Shown: one piece after another, positions 1-11,100 of the stretch | How the letters are laid out: each line of letters starts with the position of its first letter | How positions within the stretch are numbered: the first letter of the stretch is position 1 | Origin: Azolla caroliniana | Lineage: Eukaryota; Plantae; Polypodiophyta | Direction of reading: 5' to 3' | NCBI GenBank assembly: GCA_043228905.1 | Contig: JBHGNT010000014.1 | Span: 6,138,001 to 6,202,000, forward strand | Length of the DNA stretch: 64,000 nt | Notes under the pieces: model-generated | What the model saw: only the letters and a program-made list of their open reading frames with translations | Database searches by the model: none | What the model was told of the DNA's origin: nothing | Made by a program: the position numbers and the translations under genes

Positions 1-1296
1 AGCATCCACTTTGCTTAAACTTTACTTGCATACCTTGCTCTACTATTTGTCCAACAGAAATCAGATTCTTAGCAAGATTTGGAACATGCATTACATTTAA
101 CATATACTTAGTCTTTCCTTTTTCTTCCCACAATGGGATATCTCCAACATGTTCTATTTGGTGAGTACTATTATCACCCGTCTGTACATAGCCAGGAATC
201 TCTGGTTCTCTAAACCTTTCAAACCAGTTTGCATGTCCAGTCATATGGTTAGATGCTCCCGAGTCTACATACCATGTAAATTCTTCATTACATTTCTGTG
301 AGCTTTCAGCCACTACTGCTATCTCATGTTGTACCACAAATGCACCATCTTTTTCACAATCTTCACTAGTTTGGGCATAGTTATTCTGCTGTCTCTTTCC
401 TCTTTGCTCATCATTTTGCTTCTTGTAACATTCAGCCTGTGTGTGGCCTAGTTTTCCACAATACCAACAACCATCATCATTTACATATGTTTCCTTACCT
501 CTACCTTGGTTTCTCCCCCTGCCTCTGTTGTTGTTTCTTCCTCCAATGGTTTGTTGTCCTCTTCCTTGATAACCATTATTGTTGGTTCTTGCTGAGCCAA
601 ATCTTCCATGGCCTCTTCCTCGATCTCTTCCTTGGCCTCTTCCAGCACTATTATATAGGGATTGCCCCTCACTCTCAAGATTTCCTTTATTTACATCATC
701 CATCTGATTCCTTTCTTCTACTACAAGCATTGAAACCAGATCTAGAAAACTTGGGATACTATCCCTTGTAAGCATAGAGGTTTTAAGGCTTTTGTATTGA
801 GGTCCTAAGGCTCTCAAGCATATTTCTACCTTATCATCATCTTCTATCTTTACATTGATAGAAGCAAGTGATTCACATATGCTCTTTATTTTCAAAGCAT
901 ACTCATTTATTGACATCTTACCTTTTTCTAAGGTATTTAGCTCACTCTTCAAATGTAGCTTTCTAGCTTTTGTGTTTACTGCAAACAGTTTTACCAAACT
1001 GTCCCAAGCTTCTTTTGGGAGCATAGCATCCTGTATGTGCCCAAGCATCGAATCTGAGATGCTAAGTGAGAGCCAATGCATTACCTTCCTGGCCCCTTGA
1101 TTCCAATCTTTGAATGCTTTAATCTGTGCTGCTGTGGCATTTTCTTTTGGGATCTCCGAAGCCTCTTCTAGGTCTCCTTCAATGTAATCCCAGTATCCTT
1201 TCCCCATCAGGAAGTTTGCATTCTAAATTTCCACGCCGGGAAATTGTTTTTATCTAGTTTCTTTGTAACTATTTGGCCCGCATTCTCTACAGCCAT
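1..1296 (-). pseudogene. Degraded Copia gag-protease of element I
   Basis: ATG at 1296; frameshifted; CCHC knuckle near 420-470; DSGAS motif near 250-275; related to gag of G and H. Confidence 0.85.
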
Positions 1297-1422
1297 TATC
1301 TCTTCCAAACTAGGGTTTCTACTACGATTACTTCAACCAGTAATTTTCTGATTCAGATCAGCAAACAGAGAAATACCTTTCTCAGATCTATGCACTTCTG
1401 TACTCTTCTTTATGAGCAACTC

Positions 1423-1434
1423 GCTCTGATACCA
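1423..1434 (-). promoter_or_regulatory. Primer-binding site, tRNA-iMet (TGGTATCAGAGC)
   Basis: Plus strand gctctgatacca directly next to the LTR terminus at 1435. Confidence 0.92.
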
Positions 1435-1861
1435 TGTTAAGAAAACGTGAAGAAGGCACTCGGGCTCTTCTTATGTGCGCGACGGATCGTAGTGTGCTGG
1501 ATCGTTTGGTGCTCAAACACAGAAGGAAAGGGGGAAGGAGACTTACCTCTGTAGCAGCCAAAACTTCTTCTATTTCATTACATGCAGAGCTCTACTTGCT
1601 CTCGTTTGTTTCTCTCTTCTACTCTCACTCTCTGAGTTCTTCCTCTCTATCCTCACTCTCTCTCAAAGTTCTACTTCATGTATATTTCTTACTTACCTAC
1701 TCTATTACTTTTGACCTAAGTAATAAGTTACTTACATATGTAGCTAATTAGCTCTCAGTAGCTAATTAGCTGTTTCTCCTTATGTTCACAAGTAGCTAAA
1801 TAGCTACTATAGCTTATTTCCCAATAAGCATCACATACCATGTTGAGCTTGCTTCTCAACA

Positions 1862-2438
1862 ATAGGAGTACCCGGCAATGGAAGACCCGGTGAGAACCGG
1901 ATGTGGAGTACCCAACAACGGAAGACCCGGTGAGAACTGGATGACGAGTGCCCGGCAAGAGCCGGATGGTGAAGGCCCGGTGAGAACTGCTCACCGGATG
2001 AAGGGACATATTCGTAAATATGTTTCTGAGAGTCCATTGGGGCTATATTTGTAAATAGCCGCAAAGTCATATTACTATAAATATGACTTAGGGCAAACTT
2101 AGCGAGTAAGAAGTTGTCATTCTTGTTGGTGCAAGATTTGAGTGCAACCGTGTACAGAGAGAGAGAGAGAGAGAGAGTGAGAGACGAAGAGGACGTTGTC
2201 TTTGTTGTAACCGCCGCCTGTGGCGAAGACAGTGAACAAGAGGTTGTTTCCTCTGTGTTCATTTATTGTATATTGTAACATAGTGATAGTTTGTAGTCTG
2301 TGGACTGGCGTGGTTTTTCCCGTGTTTGGGTTTTCCACGTAAACATCTTGTGTACTCTTCTCTTTACTGTGTCGTGTGTACATTGCCCATTTTTTCTATG
2401 TTTGATCCTAGACTCGGTTGTAGCCGAGCGTTGTTTTC
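1862..2438 (+). mobile_element. Truncated LTR of Copia family A
   Basis: Similar to the reverse complement of the A1 LTRs (tataaatatgacttagggcaa, (GA)n tract, ttttccacgtaaacatc, tcggttgtagccgagc). Its 5' end is cut by element I. Confidence 0.82.
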
Positions 2439-2439
2439 G

Positions 2440-2833
2440 GGAGCGTGTAGTCCTTTCAGAAGGAAGCAGCTTGAGCAGTCTCCGGGATGTGGAATCCATT
2501 CTGCAAGCACTAGCGACAGGGGGAGGCGATTCGGAACCATTCTCGGCCTTCGAATCGGATTCGGATGGCGAATGCAACGCCCATTCGAATTACCGTAGCA
2601 ACCATGATACCCCAGATGGACCAAAGGATGAGCAGTCGGATACCTTGCCGGCACCAGAACCAGAGTTAATGGAACTGGAAGCCCCAAGACAGGCAAATGG
2701 TGAATCAACTTCCGACACAACCACGTGAGACACCGGAAGCAGAGGAGGAAAGACCTCCGACACCAAAAGAAGAGGAGGAAAGACCTCCAACACTGAAGGA
2801 AGAGGAGGGGAGACCTGGGACACCGGACGACGA
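2440..2833 (+). pseudogene. Gypsy B2 gag N-terminal fragment (apparent host of element C)
   Basis: Translation SSLSSLRDVESILQALATGGGDSEPFSAFESDS...TLPAPEPEL aligns with B1 at about 13600-13990. Confidence 0.8.
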
Positions 2834-2973
2834 TGTTACGGGCATGACCATATAATATCCCGTGGTCAGAATTTACCATAGTATTCTATACACGTGTATA
2901 AGTGTGAGGGTTACACAAGAGTGTAAAGAAGGGGATGATTACTTTTAATCCTCGGGATTGAGACAACCCATTA

Positions 2974-3430
2974 GGCCAAGTGTGAACATGGATGGGGGCC
3001 TTGGGTATCGCTATAAATAAGAGGCCTCCCTACCCTCATTTCATCATCTTGTTGACTACGTCGAGACTCTGTCTTGTGGTGGGTCAACTCTTGTAGCGAG
3101 CACGCCAACACCAGTTACGACTCGACGCCACAACAGTGGTATGGGACGCCGATCGAGGCTTGAGTTTGTCTCGATCCCTTCACTCGGGGGTGGTCGGGTG
3201 AATCGGCCAAGTGTGAACATGGTTGGGGGCCTTGGGTATCGCTATAAATAAGAGGCCTAACTACCCTCATTTCATCATCTTGTTGACTACGTCGAGACTC
3301 TGTCTTGTGGTGGGTCAACTCTTGTAGCGAGCACGCCAGCACTAGCTACGACTCGACGCCACATCGGTGGTATGGGATGCCGATCGAAGCTCGAGTCTGT
3401 CTCGATCCCTTCGCTTGGGGGTGGCCGGGG
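2974..3430 (+). repeat. Tandem duplication of an about 231-bp LTR module, each copy with a TATA box
   Basis: ggccaagtgtgaacatgg...gctataaataagaggcct... starts at 2974 and again at 3205. Confidence 0.9.
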
Positions 3431-3454
3431 GGGGTTGTATAAAACGTTTACATA

Positions 3455-3720
3455 TGTGTATGAGGTCAATACCTCATTTGACGTATATTGAATATGTGAT
3501 GAGTGTCGTATGCGCACGAGGTTAATACCTCAATTGCGTATTACGTTCACAAACATATGTTATGTTTGCGTACGAGGTCAATACCTCGATTCGTTGTAAA
3601 TGATATGTGTTCGGTCTCGTATGCGTAAGAGGTCAATATCTCAATTGCGTATTACGATTAACCCTTATTTTTGGATGTATCGTGTGCATAGAGGTATATG
3701 CCTCGATTACGTATATCGAT
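3455..3720. repeat. Array of five palindromic units, core GAGGT-caat-ACCTC, period about 56 bp
   Basis: Cores start at 3462, 3518, 3574, 3629 and 3691. Confidence 0.85.
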
Positions 3721-5491
3721 TACATCATTTTTTGCTATTAAATAGAACGATTTGTTTAATATAGGCATATGTGGTCACGTGTATACATAGTTGATCGTAT
3801 ATATGTGATAATATACATGTGTATATAAATTATTACGTGATTTTAAATCGAATGTTTTCCTTTTCAGGGAAAGGATCTTAATGGCCGTCCTCACATTTTT
3901 GTGAGAATAGCGTTGTCACCATCCCTTTTTTCAACAATTTTTTATTGTTGAAATCCCCGTTGGTGATTTCGATATTTCGTTACGTAAAGAAACATCTATA
4001 GCCATAATGATGTTGAGTACGTAGGGCTTGACCCACTTCATGTGAGGTCGCTCCTATGACACACATATCCAACATCCCTCCCTCGTTACATGGATATGAC
4101 ACCACCATGAGATCATTCTTACAAGAGGCATTCGTAATGACATAACCATGTGATGGGCCACGTGGGCCTACTACGAAAAGAGGGCTCATTTGACTTGACC
4201 ATTAGGTTGCACTTTAGCGTATGCCATCGTAATTACGAGACTTGAGGTTAGGTAACGTACCAACATATTTTGTAGTAAACGAGGGCGAAATAAGGACCCT
4301 TGACATATATGTTTCTTTTAAAAAAACATATATAGGCAAATGCCTCGCATATCTCTTATACGCATGAAACATTAAACATTCAAGAAGAGCAACCTACTTG
4401 GTTGGCTCAAGTGTTTAATGCATTTGTTCTGGAGGTCTCGAGTTCAAATATAACCAAGACCATACAACATTGTTGATACATATGACTATGACACATGTTT
4501 AGACTTGAGGTCTAAGTGCACTTCGGGGTCCTTGTAATAAGACTTAAAGAGCCAAAACCACATATGTGGGCACACAAACATAGTTTATTGTGAACATTTT
4601 TTTTGTGTATAAACTATTCATCATGCGAACATACATGGTTGAGCCTCGGGGAGCCACAATGAAAACCACAATGAAAAAAATCGATATAGAGATAAGGGAA
4701 AGACATTTATTTGTCACCCCGATGGTTTTTAAAACACCTTTATGTTACCATAGTAACCTCATCTCGAACCTCATCTCATACGTCTAGAGGGGTATCGACG
4801 TGAGATCATGATATCGATTAATGTTTGCCCATGATATGTTTACATCACGACATGATGTTATGACTATTTGTCTAACCTTATCCTATTTCTTTGCCAGAAA
4901 TAATCATTCAATGGCTCAAAATAACGATCCGTATTGATGTTGTTGTGCCTTTCGGCTCCGGATCGTTGCGTGAGTCGGGTGGGAACCACTGAGGTTTTGG
5001 ACTAGAAGAAAAGAAAATTCTAAGGCAATGAAGAATATGAAATATGTTGTAAGAAAGAAAGATATGAAAAACTTGTGAATCCCACGAGTCCAGTGTATTA
5101 GTGAGTACTCAGATTAAGAGAGAAAAATAGTTAGCAAATTCGTGAATCCCACGATTATATTATATTAATCCACCCTTGTAAAATAAGCAACAACCCCCAT
5201 ACATCATTCTCTCCTCCTTATATAAGGATGGAAGAGGCTAAGCATAGCTTCATGCTTTTTTCGAAAGTGTTCATGCACACTAAATGTGCATGAGTTGCCT
5301 TTTTACACTATGCTTTTATTTCCTAAATATAGTGCTCATGCTCGCTAGATGTGCACGAGTCATTTTTTATTGGTGTACATTTTTCTTATAAATAAAGTAT
5401 TCACGCATTCTAAAAAATGCAAGACTTTCCTTTTAATAAAGGTAGGCGTAAATAAAGGTCTTATATGTATGAAATCTATATTTAGATACTT

Positions 5492-5560
5492 AGGATAAGT
5501 TAGTATAATGGTAAGGTTGGGGTTTGTCTATGTGGAGGTACAAGGTTTGAATCTTGCCCT
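5492..5560 (+). other. tRNA-like (Pol III A-box/B-box) cassette in the U3 of the D LTR
   Basis: A box TAGTATAATGG (5501-5511), GGAGGT, B box GGTTTGAATCT (5544-5554). Also present at about 27296-27363 (+) and 62643-62711 (-). Confidence 0.6.
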
Positions 5561-5878
5561 ATGCACGTAATAAATATTTTTAATATTTTATTTTATTTAT
5601 TATACGTACTTTAAATCGAATATAGTATTTTACATATTTCACGTAGTGTGTGATTCACACTACGACACTCCCCCCTCTGAACCCGCACATCCCCCAGTAT
5701 GTGCCAAAGTCCCCGATGCTTGCTATTCACCTTCATCCGAAGCTTCCTCCGATTCTCCCCTTAAGTTGACTATGAGTTGTAATCCACTTTCTTCACTTTC
5801 CACATCACTGCGATCTTCGTCCGATTGCTCCTTCTTGTCGGTCTTGTCTAGGATCACATAGGGTTCTTCATAAGTCCG

Positions 5879-7467
5879 CTACATGAAAATCTTCACCCGT
5901 TTCTCGGCTATAGGCACTCGTAGCATCGTTCCATCCAACTCGCATAGTCGGTAAGTTCCGTTGTTGAAAACTTTCCAAACCTCGTATGGCCCGAACCACC
6001 TTTTCGCGAACTTCCGCATTGTTGTATGTTGATGATCCAAACTACTGTCGTAGACAATCACCCAATCTCCTTCTTCAATCTTCCGCGGTCGTAGTCGGTG
6101 CTTTGTGTCGAACCGGTTTTTATTCCGGAATCGCACTTCTTGTTGTCGGCGTATTGCTTCCGCTATGTCTTCTGGTCTTCCCTCTAGTTGTCGTATCCGG
6201 ACCGCTAGTAGTTCTTCCCGGCTCATCTCTTCCTTCCACGGTAGCACTGTCCATGTCACGATCACAGTTTCCGTTGGCCTCACGGGTGCTTGTCCGGTCA
6301 TGAGTTATGCCGGCATGTAACCGGTTACGGAGCTATGCGTTGTCCGATCCACCCATAGTGCATACGGAAGCATCTGCGGCCAATCCTTCACCCTTCCATC
6401 GCATGCCTTCGCAAGTGTTTTCACGATCGGACTATGTCCTTGTTCGATCTTCCCGTTGGCTTCCGGATTGTATGCCGTTGTCAGTGTTAACCGAACTTCA
6501 TGTTTGGTGAAGAATTCCTTAGCTTTATCAGACTCGAGTTCTCCCCGATCCGCAATCACTTGTCCTATGCACCCGTACCGGCAAAACACCTCCTCCAAAA
6601 GAAATTGGAATACTGCAGAACACGTTTTCCTTCGTAACGCCCGACCTTCTACTTGGTTTGTGAGATCCTCCCGAGCTAACACCAAGTACTTCTTTTGCCC
6701 GATTCCGGTTGGCATGGCTACAATATCGACCATCCATTTGAAGTTGATTGTCGGTGAGAATGTCGGATGTAACTCATCTCGGTGTCGAACTTCGGAGTAG
6801 ATTTGACAGTTCTTGCAGCTTTCCGTGAACTCCGCTATATCTTTGTACATGTTCTTCCACCAATATTTTTGTTTGATTTTCACAAAAGTTGCTCACGTTC
6901 CTCGATGTGTAGCCCAATCGGATTCGTGAAATTCAGACATTATCCAGTTTTGTTGCTCTTTCGTCCTGACTACCCAAAGTTGTATGCCATCTGGTCTTTT
7001 CAGCTCCCTCCATATTAATCCATTTCTCAAGAAGAACTTTCGGACTTGCCGCTTCTTACTTCGGATCTCGGCTCTCTTCTCTTTATTGTCCGATGATTCC
7101 TCGATTTCTTGTAGCACGTTCCTGATCAACAAGCTTTCTCCCTCGTATTCTTCTTCCCGGAATTCTCGGATTACGTTCACCCGGCATATGTGCTCCGAAG
7201 CAAAGTAGTCTTCAGAAACTTCTTCATTATCGGATTCGGTTATGTCATCTCCGAACCGCGCCCTAGATGTGTCGTACCTCCGGATTAAGCGACTTAACAT
7301 ATGCAATCCATCTTAGCATAGCCACATCCGGTATCGTGCAACACCGCATCATCCCGAGTATTGGAAGACAATCCGTTTCGATCACTACTTCGGCTCTTAT
7401 CAAATAATCTCGATCCGATTTGATTGCCGACACGACTCCCCATAATTCTCTTTTGACTTGTGCATAT
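5879..7467 (-). pseudogene. D1 RNase H C-half and integrase (degraded)
   Basis: HESDWATH...CKNC zinc-binding motif; WMVDIVAM, IADRGE and YNPEANGKIE core motifs; RWFGPY (GPY/F). Reading joins the RH N-half (...RQRGY|AQVKREL) across the B1 insertion. Confidence 0.88.
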
Positions 7468-7992
7468 TGTTACCCGGCCAGCAAAGAAGGCTTAAGGATG
7501 TCCAGACTGTTGAACACAGTGCTCGGCCACAACCGAGGAATAGGATCAACTCACAGAAAACAGGAAATACAAAATGCACGAAGACAATAGAGAGAACAAT
7601 GCACAGGATGTTTTACGTGGAAAACCCTAAATGGGAAAAAACCATGGGAGTCCTCAAACTCCAACTATCACTATAATCAGAGATGTACAATGGTGGAGCT
7701 ACAAGGCAACAACCTTGAGCTCACTGTCTTCGCCACAGGCGGCGGTAATACACAGAGGCAACGACCTCTTCGTCTCTCTCTCTCTCTCTCGGCTGCTCTC
7801 TTCACTCTCTTGCACACATAAGAGTGGCGATACACAGAAAAATGAGCAACAACATTAAAACTGTTTGCCCTAAGTCATATTTATACACATATGACTTTCG
7901 GGCTATTTACAATTATAGCCTCAAGGGCCCTTGGCAAACATATTCACAAATATGTCCCCGCATCCGGATCTCTCTCCGGGTACATTCGTCTT

Positions 7993-8140
7993 CCGGCTCC
8001 GTAGCCGGGGTCTTCATCATCCGGCTCCGTAGCCGGGGTCATCATCATCCGGCTCCGTAGTCGGGGTCTTCATCATCCGGCTCCGTAGCCGGGGTCTTCA
8101 TCATCCGGCTCCGTAGCCAGGGTCTTCATCATCCGGCTCC
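7993..8140. repeat. 28-bp tandem repeat in the A1 U3 (5 units plus a partial here; 4 plus a partial at 12796-12915)
   Basis: Unit ccggctccgtagccggggtc(t/a)tcatcat. Confidence 0.95.
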
Positions 8141-8193
8141 CGGACATCCGACCATCCCATCCGGAGGGACCGTAATCCCAACAAACTCCCCCT

Positions 8194-11100
8194 TCACTTC
8201 GGCATGGGATGTCTTTCCAGTCCGACCCTCTTCCGGCACGCTTCCAGCTTGTCGGGTGTGAGCACTTTGGTCAGCATATCTGAGCCGTTCTCGTCCGTGT
8301 GGATCTTCGTCAGCACGAACTCCTGGTCTTCTATCCTTTCTCGGATCCAGTGATATCTTCGTTGGATGTGCTTCGTCCGGGAGTGATAGGCCGCGTTCTT
8401 CGCAAGGTGGATGGCACTCTGACTGTCGCAGTAGAGTCGGTACTCCTCCTGCCGGATACCGAGCTCTCTAATGAAGTCCTTCATCCATATCATTTCCTTG
8501 CCGGCTTCAACAGCCGCCATGTACTCCGCCTCCGTGGTTGACAATGCAACCGTCTTCTGCAGCCTCGACTGCCACGAAATAGCTCCCCCTGCATACGTCA
8601 TCACATACCCTGATGTGGACCGGCTGGTATCTGCATCAGCCGACATATCCGAATCGGTAAAGCCGTCGAGTTCGGGCTTACCGGAGCCGAATCGGAGGCA
8701 CACGTTTGCCGTGCCCTTCAGGTATCGGAGTATCCACTTGACCGCGTTCCAGTGCTCCTTGCTGGGATTGCTCATGTACCGGCTCACCACTCCGACTGCA
8801 TATCCTATGTCCGGTCTTGTACACACCATTGCGTACATCAAGCTTCCGATGGCAGAGGCATATGGTACTTTCATCATGTCCTCCTTCTCAGCCTTTGTCT
8901 TGGGGCTTTGCTTGCTGGACAGCTTGCAGTTTGCCGGGAGGGTTGACCCAACCGGTCTTGCTTCCGACATATTGAACCGGTGAAGCACCTTTGTCACGTA
9001 CTTCTCCTGTGACAGCCACAGCTGCTTCTTCTTCCGGTCCCGGATGATGTGCATCCCTAGTATTTGCCTCGCCGAACCCAGGTCCTTCATTGAGAAGTTT
9101 CGGTGAAGAGCTTTCTTCAGCATCCGTATCTTGACCTGGTCCCGTCCGACGATTAACATGTCGTCCACGTACAAGAGGAGTATTAGAAAGTCTCCTCCTT
9201 CGAACTTCTTCACAAACACGCAGTGATCGGACTGCGTTTTGTGGTACCCTTCGTCGGTCATGAAAGAGTCGAACTTCCGGTACCATTGCCGGGGAGCCTG
9301 CTTCAGTCCGTAAAGGCTCTTCTTCAACCGGCATACCAGGTGCTCCTTCCCTTTCTTCTCGAATCCTTCCGGTTGCTGCATGTAGATCTCTTCTTCGAGG
9401 TCACCGTGAAGGAATGCCGTCTTCACGTCCATCTGTTCTACCTCGAGGTCCATGCTTGCCGCTATGCTCAGCACCGTCCGGATGGAGGTCATCTTCACCA
9501 CCGGGGCAAATATCTCGTCGAAGTCGACGCCCTTCTTCTGCTGGAACCCCTTCACCACGATCCTGGCTTTGTATCTCGGGGGGTTTCCGGCATCTCCCGG
9601 TTTCAGCTTGAACACCCACTTGTTTCGAAGTGCCCGCTTTCCTTTCGGCAACTCCACAAGTTCATATGTGTGGTTCTCATGCAGGGAATCCATCTCCTCC
9701 TGCATGGCACTTAACCACCTGTGGCTATGGGTGTCGAGCTTTGCTTCTTCAAAGCTCTCCGGCTCCCCTTCGTCGGTTAGCAGCACGTGCTCTGGTTCCG
9801 GAAATCTCCGGGGGGGCCTTCTCTATCTTAGAGGATATCTCCGTTCCAGAGCTTCGGTAACCGGTTCCTCCGTTTCTTCTTCATCCGAATCCATTTCGGG
9901 ATCGGGGCCGGTTCCGGTATCAGTTTCATCTTCCTCGGCCGGTTCTGTTTCTTCACCGTCTTCGGCCGGATCCTCGAGTGCTAACCGGTCCCTTGCCGAT
10001 CGGGACTGCTCCTCGTAGAGTTTATCCTCACCGGTCGACTTGGAGCTCTTCATCTTCTTCTCCGACTCCCAGTCGGCGAGTGTCTTGTCCTCCATGAAGA
10101 TGATATCACGACTCCGGAATAACTTTTTGTCGACCGGGTCCCATACTCGGTAGCCGAACTCGTCATCGCCGTAACCGAGGAATATGCATGGCCGGGTCTT
10201 TGGATCTAGCTTTCCTCTCCGGTCCTTTGCCACATGCACATATGCGAGACACCCGAACACTCTCAGATGCCGGTAGGATACTTCCCTACCGGTCCACACT
10301 CTCTGCGGCGTGTCTCCGTCCAAAGGTACTGAGGGTGATCTGTTTATCACGTATGTCGCCGTCGACATCGCCTCAGCCCAAAACACCTTGGGTAATTTCG
10401 CATGTGCCAGCATACTCCGGACCCTCTCCATTATGGTCCGGTTCATCCTCTCGGCCAGCCCGTTCAGTTCCGGCGTCTTCGGCACAGTAAACTCGAGCCA
10501 GATTCCCTTCGAGCGACAGTACTCCTCGAACTGCCCCCGGTATTCCCCTCCGTTATCCGCTCGTATCGCTTTCAGCTTCTTGCCGGATTCCCTTTCCACT
10601 CTCGCGTGGAGTTCTTTGAAGACGCACAACACTTGGTCCTTTGTCTTCAACGGTGCCGTCCACAGCTTCCAGGTGTGGTCATCAATGAATGTCACGAAGT
10701 ACTGGGCTCCGCCATGTGACTTCGTTTCTACTTGACACACGTCAGTGTGCACCAACTCCAATGGTGCGCTACGTCTCATCGGTGGCCTTGAGTGGAAGGA
10801 GGTCCGGTTTTGCTTACCGGCCAGACAGTCGGTGCACTTCCCCAAGTGTACTTGCTTTACCGGTATCAGGTTGTCTTCGGCAAGCCTCTTCATCCCCTTC
10901 TCGCTCATGTGGCACAGTCTCTTGTGCCACAGCTCACCGGCAGTGTCAGCTGCCACGTTCAGCTCCTCCGGACATAGCCGGGAAATCATCAGGTACAATG
11001 TGTTGACCTTCCGGGCCCGAGCCACTATCAGGCTCCCCTTGCTGAACTTCATTTCGCCGTTCCGGATGCTACCCGTGTAGCCTTCATCGTCTAGCCTCCC

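Larger units (their letters stand above)
1..1861 (-). mobile_element. Ty1/Copia element I, 5' part (5' LTR, PBS, gag, protease); continues beyond the window start
   Basis: 5' LTR 1435-1861 (TG...CA) abuts a tRNA-iMet PBS. Minus-strand translation gives a Copia gag start (MAVENAGQIVTKKLDKNNF), a CWYCGKLGHTQAEC zinc knuckle and the protease motif WYVDSGASNHM. Confidence 0.9.

Noticed and set aside
2155-2183. (GA)n/(CT)n microsatellites
   Set aside because: Ordinary components of these LTRs.
3455-3720. CRISPR-like appearance (palindromic repeats with spacers)
   Set aside because: The repeats are degenerate, alternate linkers resemble each other, there are no cas genes, and the context is a eukaryotic retrotransposon. 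Kept as a hairpin array.
9820-9828. Programmed readthrough at the A1 TAG
   Set aside because: The context TAG-AGA-AGG is not the CARYYA readthrough signal and paralogs have sense codons here, so a nonsense mutation is simpler.
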